Shown: one piece after another, positions 21,213 to 32,842 of the stretch
Position numbering within the stretch: the first letter of the stretch is position 1
How the letters are laid out: each line of letters begins with the position of its first letter
DNA from: an uncultured Candidatus Rokubacteria bacterium
GTDB taxonomy: Bacteria; Methylomirabilota; Methylomirabilia; Rokubacteriales; CSP1-6
Length of the DNA: 64,000 nucleotides
Reading direction: 5' to 3'
Assembly: GCA_963758635.1 (NCBI GenBank)
Contig: CAVWWD010000003.1
Coordinates: 864,001 to 928,000, forward strand
Notes under the pieces: model-generated
What the model was told of the DNA's origin: nothing
The model's input: only the letters and a program-made list of their open reading frames with translations
The model's database searches: none
Program-made: the position numbers and the translations under genes

Positions 21213-22442
21213 TCAGGCTCCTTGTTCTCGCCCCAGCTCGAAGGCGTCGTGCAGCGAGCGCACGGCGAGCTCGGTGTACTTGTCCTCGATCACGCACGAC
21301 ACCGCGATCTCCGAGGTCGAGATCATCTGGATGTTGATGTTCTCCTTGGACAGCGTCTCGAATACCCGACTCGCCACCCCGGCGTGGCTCCGCATGCCCA
21401 CCCCGACCACCGAGACCTTGGCCACGCGGTCGTCGGCGGCGATGCCGGCGGCGCCGATCTCCCCGGCGATGCGGCCGAGCGTCTCCTCGGCACGCGCGCG
21501 GTCGGGGCGGGCCAGGGTGAACGAGATGTCGGTGAAGCCGTCGCGGCTGATGTTCTGCACGATCATGTCCACGATGATGCTGCGCTCGCCGAGGGCGCCG
21601 AAGATGCGCGCGGCGATGCCGGGCCGGTCGGGCACGCGCAGGATCGAGAGCTTCGCCTGGCCCGTGTCGTGCGAGATGCCAGTGACGACCACGTCCTCCA
21701 TGCTGTGATCCTCCCGCGTGACGAGGGTGCCCGGGTCGGGCTTGAAGGTGGAGCGCACGTGCACGGGCACGCTGTACTTCTTCGCGAACTCCACCGAGCG
21801 CGCCTGGAGCACCTTGGAGCCGAGGCTCGCCATCTCGAGCATCTCGTCGTAGGACACGCGGGCGAGCTTCCGCGCGTCGGGCACCACGTTGGGGTCGGCG
21901 GTGTAGACGCCGTCCACGTCGGTGAAGATCTCGCACACGTCGGCCTTGAGCGCGGCGGCCAGCGCGACGCCGGTGAGGTCCGAGCCGCCGCGGCCGAGCG
22001 TGGTGATGTCGCCGGCCTCGGTCGCGCCCTGGAAGCCCGCTACCACCGCGATGCGGCCCGCGTCGAGCGCGGCCATGATGCGCTCGCCGGTGATGCGCCG
22101 GATCCGCGCCCGGGTGTGCACCATGTCCGTGACGAGGCCGACCTGCGGGCCGGTGAACGAGGACGCGGGATGGCCGAGGGAGGTGAGGGCCATCGCGAGG
22201 AGCCCGATCGTGACCTGCTCGCCCGTGGCCAGGACCATGTCCATCTCGCGGGGATCGGGCGTGGGGGTGATGGCCGCGGCGAGGCCCAGCAGCCCGTCGG
22301 TGGTCTTCCCCATGGCGGAGACGACGACGACCAGGCGATGCCCGTCCGCCGCGTACGAGGCGACCCGGCGGGCGACGTTCTTGATCTTCTCCACGTCGGC
22401 GACCGACGAGCCGCCGTATTTCTGCACGATGAGCTGCCCCAT
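21213..22442 (-). CDS. lysC: Aspartate kinase
   Basis: IVQKYGGSSV, VVSAMG, TTLGRGGSD and TDVDGVYTADP, plus two ACT domains; start placed at ATG 22442. Confidence 0.96.
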   Translation of the reverse strand: MGQLIVQKYGGSSVADVEKIKNVARRVASYAADGHRLVVVVSAMGKTTDGLLGLAAAITPTPDPREMDMVLATGEQVTIGLLAMALTSLGHPASSFTGPQVGLVTDMVHTRARIRRITGERIMAALDAGRIAVVAGFQGATEAGDITTLGRGGSDLTGVALAAALKADVCEIFTDVDGVYTADPNVVPDARKLARVSYDEMLEMASLGSKVLQARSVEFAKKYSVPVHVRSTFKPDPGTLVTREDHSMEDVVVTGISHDTGQAKLSILRVPDRPGIAARIFGALGERSIIVDMIVQNISRDGFTDISFTLARPDRARAEETLGRIAGEIGAAGIAADDRVAKVSVVGVGMRSHAGVASRVFETLSKENINIQMISTSEIAVSCVIEDKYTELAVRSLHDAFELGREQGA

Positions 22443-22451
22443 GAGACCGCC

Positions 22452-22479
22452 ATCGTACACCGGGGGGCGACGGGCGCAA
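22452..22479 (-). promoter_or_regulatory. sigma70-type promoter for lysC
   Basis: TTGCGC-N16-TACGAT, 9 nt upstream of the ATG. Confidence 0.5.
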
Positions 22480-22516
22480 GGACCGGGGATCGCGGGCGAG
22501 GCGCGCTTGCGCTCAT

Positions 22517-22589
22517 GAGCCCCGCGCATCAGACCAATGCCGAGCGGTGGGACTGTAGAGGCCCGTGGCGGTTCCCGTACCCTGCGAGG
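22517..22589. repeat. Dispersed repeat family A, copy 1
   Basis: 73 nt, 4 mismatches to 23602-23674. Confidence 0.9.
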
Positions 22590-22594
22590 GTGAG

Positions 22595-23233
22595 CTACGG
22601 AGCGGGACGCGCGGGTGGCGGCGGTGGTGGAGCGGGACGGCCGCGGCGCAGCTCCTCCCGCGCGCGCTGGCGCTCGGCCGGCGTCATCTGCTGCCAGCGC
22701 TCCCAGTTGCGCTCGAGGCGCTCACGCTGAGCGTCGGGCATCGACTGGTAGTGCTGGAATCGCTGCTGGATCTCCTGCTGGCGCGACGGGGGCAGGCGCT
22801 GGAAGCGCTCGTACGCGCCCTCCAGCTCGCGCTTGCGGCCCTCGGGCAGCTCGTTCCAGCGCTGGAAGTCCTGCATGATGCGCGAGCGCTCCGAGGGCGG
22901 CATCTGCTGGAACCGCTGGAGGCCCTGCCGCGCGGCGCGCCGCTCCTCGGGCGAGAGGCTCCGCCAGTGCCGGTAGTTCTCCAGCGCGCGCTCGCGCTGG
23001 GCCGGCGTCATCTGCCGCCAGCGCTCCAGGTTGCGCCGGACTTGCGCCTGCTCGTCCGGAGGGAGGCGCTCCAGCCCCTTCACGCCGGGCTCGGCCGGTG
23101 TGCTCTCGAGCGGGGGAGGCGGGGGCGGAGGCGGTGGAGGCGCCTGACCCCTGGCCGGCGCGGGGCAGACCAGGGCGATCGCCGCGAGCGCGGCCATCGA
23201 CCAGCGCCTCACGCGCGTGGTGCCCTGGGTCAT
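22595..23233 (-). CDS. DUF3106-like exported repeat protein
   Basis: Signal peptide, poly-Pro, then repeated W/F-xx-L/M-P/S-P-xxR units. Confidence 0.8.
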   Translation of the reverse strand: MTQGTTRVRRWSMAALAAIALVCPAPARGQAPPPPPPPPPPLESTPAEPGVKGLERLPPDEQAQVRRNLERWRQMTPAQRERALENYRHWRSLSPEERRAARQGLQRFQQMPPSERSRIMQDFQRWNELPEGRKRELEGAYERFQRLPPSRQQEIQQRFQHYQSMPDAQRERLERNWERWQQMTPAERQRAREELRRGRPAPPPPPPARPAP

Positions 23234-23237
23234 CCCG

Positions 23238-23588
23238 TCACTTCGCCTCCTTCGGGGCCGGCCGCGTCGCGGGTGTCCCGGCCTGCGCGGCCGGCGGCGC
23301 TCCGCTTCCGCGCAGCGTCTCGAGCATCCGGAGCTGCTCGAGAAGCGGCATCCGCCGGGTCATCTCCCGATCCCGCCGATAGTCGGGGCTGGTGAGCAGA
23401 TCGAGGTCTCGAAGGAGCTCCGCGTCCACCGCGCCAGCGGGATCCGTCGCCGCGCCTCCGGACCCTCCCGGGGCGCCCGTGGGAGCGGGCCGGGTCGAGC
23501 CCGTGTCGCCGGCCAGGGAAGGCGCCGCCGTCAGCAACACGAGCGCGAGCGCGCCCGGGCCGAGGCTCCACGGCGGGCGGCCGGGCAC
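23238..23588 (-). CDS. Small hypothetical exported protein
   Basis: Signal-like ALALVLLTAAPSLA; core ELLRDLDLL...MPLLEQLRMLE; ends 4 nt before the DUF3106-like gene, with GGAGG in its last codons. Confidence 0.6.
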   Translation of the reverse strand: MPGRPPWSLGPGALALVLLTAAPSLAGDTGSTRPAPTGAPGGSGGAATDPAGAVDAELLRDLDLLTSPDYRRDREMTRRMPLLEQLRMLETLRGSGAPPAAQAGTPATRPAPKEAK

Positions 23589-23601
23589 GCCGCGGTCTAC
23601 C

Positions 23602-23674
23602 GAGCCCCGCGCATCAGACCAATGCCGAGCGGTGGGATTGTAGAGGCCCGTGGCGGTTACCGTATTCTGCGAGG
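23602..23674. repeat. Dispersed repeat family A, copy 2
   Basis: Near-identical to 22517-22589; supplies the anti-sigma stop codon. Confidence 0.9.
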
Positions 23675-24166
23675 ATCATAGCCCTCGTTCCGCGGAACGC
23701 CGCTGTCCAGCCGGCCGATCACGTCGAGGTCCTCGAGCAGGTCCAGGCGCTGGACGAGGTCGAGGTGCGCGATCAGCCCGAGCCGGCTCGCGAGCACCGC
23801 GTCGTCCATGACCAGCGCGTCGCCGTTGCGACCGGGGCTGCCCGGCGTGCCGATGTAGACCATGAGCGCGACGAGCCCGGCGGCGAGCCCGGCCGCCACC
23901 GGCCGCAGGCCCCACACGCCCGTGCCCGCCCGGCCGGAGCGCCGGCGGTCGAGCTTGTCGCGGAGCTCGGCGCGGTAGGCCCCCCAGTGCACGGCGGGCG
24001 CCTCGCCCTGTGCGAGCTGCCCGGCCAGCCGATCGTAGTCGGCGCGCGTCTGCCGGCACGGCGCGCAGCCGGCCAGGTGGGCCTCGACCTCGCGGCGCTC
24101 CTCGTCGCCGAGCTCGCCCAGCGCGAGCGGCCGCAGCCGGTCCTCGACGTGGCCTCTCGATGTCAT
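23657..24166 (-). CDS. Zinc-binding (zf-HC2) transmembrane anti-sigma factor
   Basis: HLAGCAPC (HxxxCxxC) and one TM helix; ATG 24166 overlaps the sigma stop (ATGA). Confidence 0.85.
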   Translation of the reverse strand: MTSRGHVEDRLRPLALGELGDEERREVEAHLAGCAPCRQTRADYDRLAGQLAQGEAPAVHWGAYRAELRDKLDRRRSGRAGTGVWGLRPVAAGLAAGLVALMVYIGTPGSPGRNGDALVMDDAVLASRLGLIAHLDLVQRLDLLEDLDVIGRLDSGVPRNEGYDPRRIR

Positions 24167-24741
24167 GACGACCCTCCCACTCGCCGGCGCAGCGTCGCAA
24201 AGGCCCGGTGCAGGTGCACTCGCACGGTGGCTTCCGAGAGGTCGAGCACCTCGGCGATCTCCTTGGTCGCCATCCCCTCGCGGCACGAGAGCTGGACGGC
24301 GGCCCGCTGCTTGGGCGAGAGCCCCTCGACGGCCTCCCACAGCCGGGTCAAGCGGCGGCTCTCGTCCACGGCGTCGCCGGGGTCGACGAAGGGCGCCGGC
24401 TGGCGCTCCACCGGGTCACCCCCGTCGTCGTACGGGCGCTCCGTCTCACGCCAGGCAAGGAGACGGCGCCAGCCGCGGCCGCGGCGCTGGTGGTCCAGGC
24501 AGCAGTTGACGACGATGCGGTAGAACCACGTCGAGAACTTCGCCTGGCCGGTGAAGGACCCCGCGGCCTCGTGCACGCGGAGAAACGCCTCCTGGGAGCA
24601 GTCCTTGGCCGCCTCGCGGTCGCGCAGGATCGACCACGCGATCCGGTAGGCGCGCCCCTGGAAGCGCTCCACCAGGAGGTCGAAGGCTCCCGGCTCCCGT
24701 TCCGCCACGCGCCGGCACAGCGTTTCATCGGACGGCTCCAC
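24163..24741 (-). CDS. ECF RNA polymerase sigma factor
   Basis: AKDCSQEAFLR, KFSTWFYRIVVN and KEIAEVLDLSEATVRVHLHRA; GTG 24741 follows GAGGAG. Confidence 0.92.
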   Translation of the reverse strand: MEPSDETLCRRVAEREPGAFDLLVERFQGRAYRIAWSILRDREAAKDCSQEAFLRVHEAAGSFTGQAKFSTWFYRIVVNCCLDHQRRGRGWRRLLAWRETERPYDDGGDPVERQPAPFVDPGDAVDESRRLTRLWEAVEGLSPKQRAAVQLSCREGMATKEIAEVLDLSEATVRVHLHRAFATLRRRVGGSS

Positions 24742-24832
24742 GCGCTCCTCGCGAGTCGATCTTCCCACATTGGTCCGGGCCGGACCACGCACAGAGCACG
24801 AGCCCGGGCACCGGAGGGGCCTCGATGGCTTG

Positions 24833-24860
24833 GACGGGGGCTACCGGGCCGGTGTTTACA
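24833..24860 (-). promoter_or_regulatory. ECF-type (probably autoregulatory) promoter
   Basis: TGTAAAC-N17-CGTC upstream of the ECF gene, matching the AAC/CGT ECF pattern. Confidence 0.55.
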
Positions 24861-24892
24861 CCTCCTGGGGGGGGCCCGGAGACGCGGCGGGC

Positions 24893-25924
24893 TCAGGCGA
24901 CGGGCGGAGCGCTCGCCGGCCGGCTGGCCTCGGAGAGGTTCACCTCCTCCACCAGCAGCAGGACGAGCCCCCAGAGGGTCACCGGGAAGAACTGGGAGGC
25001 GTGGAAGAGGATCGAGAAGGCGAGCGCCTCGGGGCGCGGCACGTCGAACAGGGAGAGCGCCAGGACGGTGGCGGCCTGGATGATGCCGGCGAAGCCCGGG
25101 CTCGATGGCAGGCTGACGCCCAGCCCGACGAAGCCCAGGACCGCCCACGAGGCGGCCAGCGGCAGGTAGAGGTGCGCGGCGTGGAGCGCGCACCACGCGG
25201 CGAGGGCCCAGGAGAGCCAGTTGACCGTCGACCAGACGACGATCGGCGCCAGGTGTCCTGGCGTCCGGACACCCCGGAGCCCCTCGTTGAACGTGTCCAG
25301 GGTGTCGGAGACCCGTCGCGCCAGCCGGGCGACCGTGCGCCGGACCACGGCGAGGAGCAGGCGCCGGCACCACTCGGGCGCCGCCGCCATGACCGCCAGC
25401 ACCGCGATCAGGGCAACGTCGATCGAGACGAAGACCATGGCCGCCCACCAGAGCTCCCTCGGCAGCCTCACGGCGAGGAGGAGGTAGGCCAGGATGAGGC
25501 CCACAGCCAGGCCGTCGAGCGCGCGCTCGACCACGATCGTGCCCACGGTGGTCCAGAGGCGCTGCCCCCGCCGCGTCATGACGTAGGCCCGCAGCACCTC
25601 CCCGGCGCGCAGCGGCAGGAGGTTGTTGCCGGTGTAGCCGATGACCACGGCGTTCAGGAGGTGGCGGGGGTGCGCGCCGGGCGGGTACAGATAGTACCAG
25701 CGGCGGCTGCGGGCCCACAGCCCGGCCAGGTTCAGGGCGATGCTCGCGGCGAGGAGGCTCCACCGCGTCTCGGCGAGGCGGAGGGCCATGACGTGGAAGT
25801 CGACGTCGCGGAAGAGGTACACGAGGAGCGCGGCGCTCACGCCGAGGCCGAGCAGGATCCGCCCGACGCGCCGCGCCCGGCCGGAGGAGGCGGTGGGCGG
25901 GCTGGAATCGCCGGGAGCGCTCAC
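24893..25924 (-). CDS. Lysylphosphatidylglycerol synthase TM domain (UPF0104 flippase-like) protein
   Basis: NNLLPLRAGEVLR, IVVERALD and LPSSPGFAG motifs; polytopic membrane protein. Confidence 0.88.
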   Translation of the reverse strand: MSAPGDSSPPTASSGRARRVGRILLGLGVSAALLVYLFRDVDFHVMALRLAETRWSLLAASIALNLAGLWARSRRWYYLYPPGAHPRHLLNAVVIGYTGNNLLPLRAGEVLRAYVMTRRGQRLWTTVGTIVVERALDGLAVGLILAYLLLAVRLPRELWWAAMVFVSIDVALIAVLAVMAAAPEWCRRLLLAVVRRTVARLARRVSDTLDTFNEGLRGVRTPGHLAPIVVWSTVNWLSWALAAWCALHAAHLYLPLAASWAVLGFVGLGVSLPSSPGFAGIIQAATVLALSLFDVPRPEALAFSILFHASQFFPVTLWGLVLLLVEEVNLSEASRPASAPPVA

Positions 25925-26009
25925 GCGCGGCCGACGGGACGGAGCGCGGGGCCGCTCACCGCGGTCCCGCGGCCGCGCGGACCGCCGGCCCCGGGGCCGC
26001 GGACCGCGG

Positions 26010-27314
26010 TCAGGGCGTGTCCTCCACGCGGATCATGGTGGTGCGTCCGGCGACCACCGGGAGCGTGTCGATCGCGGCGAGGGCCGCGCGCATGTCCCGT
26101 TCCCGCGCCTCGTGCGTCATCATCACCACGGGCACGGCCTCGCGCTCCGCGCGCTCCTTCTGCAGGACGGAGACGAGCGAGATGTCGTGCTTGCCCAGGA
26201 TGCCCGCCACCTGGGCGAGGACGCCGGGCCGGTCCAGGGCCATGACGCGCAGGTAATAGGCGGAGCGGATGTCGTCCATGCGCTTGCGCGCGAGCGGGAC
26301 CGCCGCGGTCACCGGCAGGTCCTCGGGCAAGGCGGGGATGCCGTGGGCGACGCGCCGCGCGATCTCGAGCGTGTCGGACCACACCGCCGACGCCGTCGGG
26401 AGCTGCCCCGCGCCCCGGCCGTAGAACATCAGGTCGCCCACGTTGTCGCCGGTGATGAACACGGCGTTGAACACGCCGGAGACCGCGGCCATCGGCGAGG
26501 CGGCGGGGATCATGGTCGGGTGCACGCGCACCTCGAGCGCGCCGTCGCTCACCTTCGCGATCGCCAGCAGCTTGATCCGATAGCCCAGCTCCCGGGCGTT
26601 GATCACGTCGGCCTGCGTGACGCCGGTGATCCCCTCCGTGTAGATCTCGCCCAGGTCGACCGACGTGCGGAACGCGAGCATCGCCAGGATCTGCAGCTTG
26701 TGGGCGGAGTCGAGGCCTTCGATGTCGAGGGTGGGGTCGGCCTCGGCGTAGCCCCGCGCCTGCGCCTCCTTGAGCACCTCGGCGAAGTCCCGCCCCTCGT
26801 CGGTCATCTTGGTCAGGATGTAGTTGCACGTGCCGTTGACGATGCCCGAGGCGGAGCGGATGCGGTTGGCGGGGAGCCCGTCCCGCACGGCGCGGATCAG
26901 CGGGATGCCTCCGGCCACCGCCGCCTCGAAGCCGAGCCACACGCGGCGGCGGCGGGCCTCCTCGAACAGCTCGGGGCCGTGGTGGGCGAGGAGCGCCTTG
27001 TTCGCCGTCACCACGTGCTTGCCCGCGGCGAGCGCCTTCAGGATGAACGTGCGCGCCGGCTCGAGCCCCCCGATGAGCTCGACGACGATCTGGACCTCGG
27101 GGTCGTCGAGCACCCGGCGGGCGTCGGCCACGAGGGGCAGCCGGGCGATGTCGATGCCCTCGCGCGGCCGCGTGAGGTCGGTGTCGGCGACGGCGGCGAG
27201 GACCAGCCCCGCGCCCACGCGCTCGCGCATGTCCTCGCCGTGGGTCTGGAGGATCTTGACGACGCCGGCGCCCACGGTGCCGAGGCCGAGCACGCCGATC
27301 TTGATGTCTGTCAT
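26010..27314 (-). CDS. hom: Homoserine dehydrogenase with ACT domain
   Basis: GLGTVG, HVVTANK, FEAAVAGGIP, NGTCNYIL and GYAEADP motifs. Confidence 0.96.
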   Translation of the reverse strand: MTDIKIGVLGLGTVGAGVVKILQTHGEDMRERVGAGLVLAAVADTDLTRPREGIDIARLPLVADARRVLDDPEVQIVVELIGGLEPARTFILKALAAGKHVVTANKALLAHHGPELFEEARRRRVWLGFEAAVAGGIPLIRAVRDGLPANRIRSASGIVNGTCNYILTKMTDEGRDFAEVLKEAQARGYAEADPTLDIEGLDSAHKLQILAMLAFRTSVDLGEIYTEGITGVTQADVINARELGYRIKLLAIAKVSDGALEVRVHPTMIPAASPMAAVSGVFNAVFITGDNVGDLMFYGRGAGQLPTASAVWSDTLEIARRVAHGIPALPEDLPVTAAVPLARKRMDDIRSAYYLRVMALDRPGVLAQVAGILGKHDISLVSVLQKERAEREAVPVVMMTHEARERDMRAALAAIDTLPVVAGRTTMIRVEDTP

Positions 27315-27359
27315 GGATGGTCCGGGCGGCCCGTGCCGCGGCGACGGTTCAGCGCGCCG

Positions 27360-28532
<1,173 letters not shown>

Positions 28533-28839
28533 GGGCGCCCCCTCAGGTTCCAGAGATCATACGCGGTCGCTCGGAAAACTGTCAAGGAAACGGGCAGATA
28601 CATGAGCGACGCCCCGCCCGGCGCATTCGCGGTTGACACCTTCCGAGGCTCGGTGCTAAAAACGGCGAAGCCGACAGGGAAAGCCCTCCGCCCGAAGCAT
28701 CCGACCGACGCACGGAACCAGGATCCGAGCCGTCCCGGGCCCTCCACCGAGGGGAGCGGGGACGAGTCCAGGCGAGAAGAGAGGCTTTCATGAGCCTTGG
28801 GACCAGCGGTTCAGCGAGAGACGAGAAGGCGGCGGCCTC

Positions 28840-29742
28840 GTGACGGGTCGCCAGCGGGTCCACGTCGTCATCGAGCGGACCGACGGGTCCCGGATCGTCC
28901 GGGTGCCTGCCCCGCGCTGGCTGGTGTCGGTGGTCTTCGGCCTGGCCGGGCTGCTGCTGGTCGCGGCGGGGGCCCTCTACAGGGACTACGTGACGCTCAC
29001 GGCCCAGCGGACGGCCTTCGCGACCCTCCAGGCCCGCATGGTCGCCCAGCAGACGCTGATCGACGGATTCCAGGAGCGGGTCGCCACGATGCGCGCGGAG
29101 ATCGACGGCTGGCGTGATCTCCGGACCCGGATCTGGCAGCCGTTCGGGCCCGGTCCCGAGGGTGACCAGGCCGCCGGCCGTGGCCTTGGCATCGGGGGCA
29201 CAACGGGGGCGAAGGCCCCGGACAGCCCGGTCGCTCCGACCCCGTCATTGCTCGAGGAGCTCGAGCAGCTCGCGACGGTCGTGACGGAGGAGGGCGAGAG
29301 CCTCCGCGCCTTCGAGCGCTTCATCGGGAAGGCCGGACGCATCCTCGCCGCGCTGCCCTCCCGCTGGCCGGTCCGCGGGCAGGTCAACTCGGACTTCGGT
29401 CACCGGTCGGGGGTCTGGGCGGAGGGCGCGGAGTTCCACAGCGGCATCGACATCGGCGCGGCGCGCGGCACTCCGGTGGCCGCGCCGGCGCCCGGCACCG
29501 TCGTCTTCGCCGGCTGGCAGGCGGAGTACGGCAACACGCTGATCATCGACCACGGCAACGACATCAAGACGCTCTACGGCCACCTGGCCAGGCTGGGAGT
29601 CGCGGCGGACCAGAAGGTGCAGCGCGGGCAGGTGGTGGCGTACACCGGGAACACCGGACGCTCCTCCGGGCCCCACTTGCACTACGAGATCCAGGTGGCG
29701 GGCCGGGCGGTGAACCCCCGCCGCTACCTCTGGGACGACTGA
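28840..29742 (+). CDS. M23 family metallopeptidase
   Basis: TM plus coiled coil; HSGIDI, TLYGHL and GRSSGPHLHYEI motifs. Confidence 0.92.
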   Translation: MTGRQRVHVVIERTDGSRIVRVPAPRWLVSVVFGLAGLLLVAAGALYRDYVTLTAQRTAFATLQARMVAQQTLIDGFQERVATMRAEIDGWRDLRTRIWQPFGPGPEGDQAAGRGLGIGGTTGAKAPDSPVAPTPSLLEELEQLATVVTEEGESLRAFERFIGKAGRILAALPSRWPVRGQVNSDFGHRSGVWAEGAEFHSGIDIGAARGTPVAAPAPGTVVFAGWQAEYGNTLIIDHGNDIKTLYGHLARLGVAADQKVQRGQVVAYTGNTGRSSGPHLHYEIQVAGRAVNPRRYLWDD

Positions 29743-29856
29743 GTCACTTCCCGGACCGCTGAGCGACCTGCAGAAACGACGCCGGCCGCGCGCCTCCGTT
29801 CGGCACGCCGGCCTCTCCCGCCTCCCTCGACGACCTGACCGCGGCCGCGCGGTTGC

Positions 29857-30831
<975 letters not shown>

Positions 30832-30890
30832 GGCGTCTCACCTCGTGTGGGGTCGACGTCTGTCGTGTGACGTGGTGCTCGCGGGGCTCA

Positions 30891-31868
30891 CTAGTACAAC
30901 CAGCACGCGACCTTGTGCCCCGGCTTGACTTCCTTGATGACCGGATCCTTCTCCGTGCAGACGCTCTTGACGAACGGGCACCGCGGCGCGAACCGGCAGC
31001 CCGGCGCGATCTCGCCCCTCAGCGTGGGCACGGTGCCGCCGATGGCCTCGAGCCGCTGCTTCGACGTGGCCGCGAGGTCGATGCGCGGGATCGAGCGCAG
31101 CAGGCCCTGCGTGTAGGGATGCAGGGGCTCCTTGAAGAGGTCGCCGACCGCGGCCTCCTCGGCCACCTTGGCCGCGTACATGACGACCACGCGCTGCGCG
31201 GTCTCGGCGATGACGCCCATGTCGTGGGTGATGAGCATGACGGCCATGTGGAGCTTGGTCTTCAGCTCGTTCAGGAGCTCCAGGATCTGGGCCTGGATGG
31301 TCACGTCCAGCGCGGTGGTGGGCTCGTCGGCGATGAGGAGGTTCGGGTTGCAGGACAGCGCCATCGCGATCATGATGCGCTGCCGCATGCCGCCGGAGAG
31401 CTGGTGCGGGTACTCCTTCACGCGGCGCTCCGCGTTCGGGATGTGCACCAGCTTGAGCATCTCCACCGTCTTGTCCATCGCGTCGCGCCGGCCGAGCCCC
31501 TCGTGCAGCCGCAGAGCCTCGGCGATCTGCTCCCCGCACGTGAACACGGGGTTGAGCGAGGTCATGGGCTCCTGGAAGATCATCGAGATCTCTTTGCCCC
31601 GGATCTTCCGCATCCGGTTCGGCGCGAGGTCGACGAGGTTCTGCCCGTTGTAGTGGATCGTCCCCTCGACGATCTTGCCGGGAGGCTGGGGGATCAGCTT
31701 CATGATGGACAGCGCGGTCACGGACTTGCCGCATCCGGACTCGCCGACCACCCCGAGCGTCTCGCCCTTGTCGATGTGCAGGTCGATGCCATCGACGGCG
31801 CGCACCGTGCCTTCGTCGGTGAAGAAGTACGTCTTGAGATTCTTGACGTCCAGGAGGCGATCGGCCAT
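30891..31868 (-). CDS. Oligo/dipeptide ABC transporter ATP-binding subunit (OppD/DppD-like)
   Basis: [16 protein letters not shown] and ADEPTTALD motifs. Confidence 0.93.
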   Translation of the reverse strand: MADRLLDVKNLKTYFFTDEGTVRAVDGIDLHIDKGETLGVVGESGCGKSVTALSIMKLIPQPPGKIVEGTIHYNGQNLVDLAPNRMRKIRGKEISMIFQEPMTSLNPVFTCGEQIAEALRLHEGLGRRDAMDKTVEMLKLVHIPNAERRVKEYPHQLSGGMRQRIMIAMALSCNPNLLIADEPTTALDVTIQAQILELLNELKTKLHMAVMLITHDMGVIAETAQRVVVMYAAKVAEEAAVGDLFKEPLHPYTQGLLRSIPRIDLAATSKQRLEAIGGTVPTLRGEIAPGCRFAPRCPFVKSVCTEKDPVIKEVKPGHKVACWLY

Positions 31869-31950
31869 GGCGTGTCCTTGTTGACCGGGGCCGGATGGCG
31901 GTTCGGCCCGGCAGCATCAGCAGAGTCCGTGTGATGTGGCGCCCGGGGCG

Positions 31951-32055
31951 CTACCAGGCGCTCGTGATCTCCCGGAAGGCCTCGAGGGCCCGTTCGATGT
32001 CTTCGCCGTCCACATGCGCGCGTGTGTCGGAGCGGAGATCGACGATGTCGTGCAT
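31951..32055 (-). pseudogene. ltaE: Threonine aldolase remnant with large in-frame internal deletion
   Basis: 34-aa ORF MHDIVDLRSDT-RAHVDGEDIERALEAFREITSAW: the LtaE N-terminal DLRSDT motif fused to an LtaE-like C-terminal helix. Confidence 0.7.
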
Positions 32056-32062
32056 CGGTGGG

Positions 32063-32842
32063 CTACCTGGCCGCCGTCCGCAGGCGCTGCGCGGCCCGGC
32101 GGCCCCATTCCGTGAACGGGTACTCGTCGCTGAGCCGCCGGAAGGCGTCCTGCGCTTCGCGCGGCCTCCCCTCGATCGCGTAGACCTCGCCGAGGCGGTA
32201 GAGGGCCTCGGGGATCACGAGGGACCGCGGGTAGTCCTTCAGGAGCTGCTCGAGCCGCTGGCGCGCCGCGGTGGGAGTGCCCTGGTTGAAGTAGTAGGTG
32301 GCGACCCACAGCTCCTTCTGCGCGAGACGGCCCTTGCAGACGTCGATCTTGGCCAGCGCGTCGGAGGCGTAGCGGCTGTCCGGATAGTCCCGCACGAGCT
32401 TCGTGAAGGCCTCGATGGCGCGGACGGTGATCCCCTGGTCCTGCTCCACGGGCTTCATCTGATCGTAGTAGCTCATGGCGAGCCGGTACTGGACCAGGTC
32501 GGCGATCTCGTGACGGGGGAAGAAGGCGAGGAACGCCTCGAACTCCTTGATGGCCTTGTCGAACTCACCGTCGCGATAGAAGGCCTCGCCGATCAGGAAG
32601 CGCGCCCGCGGCGCGTAGTTCGACGTCGGGTGACGTTCGACGATCTTCTGGAAGTTGTAGCGCGCGTCCTCGTAGCGCCGCCGGTTCAGTTCGGTCTCCC
32701 CGAGCTGGTAGAGGTCGGCGGCGGGCAGGAGGGGCTGGGGCTTGGGCTTGATGAAATCGGCGAGGCTCCCGAAGGACGAGCACCCTCCCAGGAGGAGCAC
32801 CGCCATGAGGGCCAGAGGGATTCGTTGAAAGTACGTGCGCAT
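32063..32842 (-). CDS. bamD: Outer membrane protein assembly factor BamD
   Basis: Lipobox LLGGC, TPR repeats, EQDQGIT, YPDSRYA and LAQKELWVATYY. Confidence 0.88.
   Translation of the reverse strand: MRTYFQRIPLALMAVLLLGGCSSFGSLADFIKPKPQPLLPAADLYQLGETELNRRRYEDARYNFQKIVERHPTSNYAPRARFLIGEAFYRDGEFDKAIKEFEAFLAFFPRHEIADLVQYRLAMSYYDQMKPVEQDQGITVRAIEAFTKLVRDYPDSRYASDALAKIDVCKGRLAQKELWVATYYFNQGTPTAARQRLEQLLKDYPRSLVIPEALYRLGEVYAIEGRPREAQDAFRRLSDEYPFTEWGRRAAQRLRTAAR

Noticed and set aside
28660..28790. c-di-AMP or c-di-GMP riboswitch before the M23 gene
   Set aside because: I could not match the conserved core nucleotides by eye; kept only as an unassigned leader.
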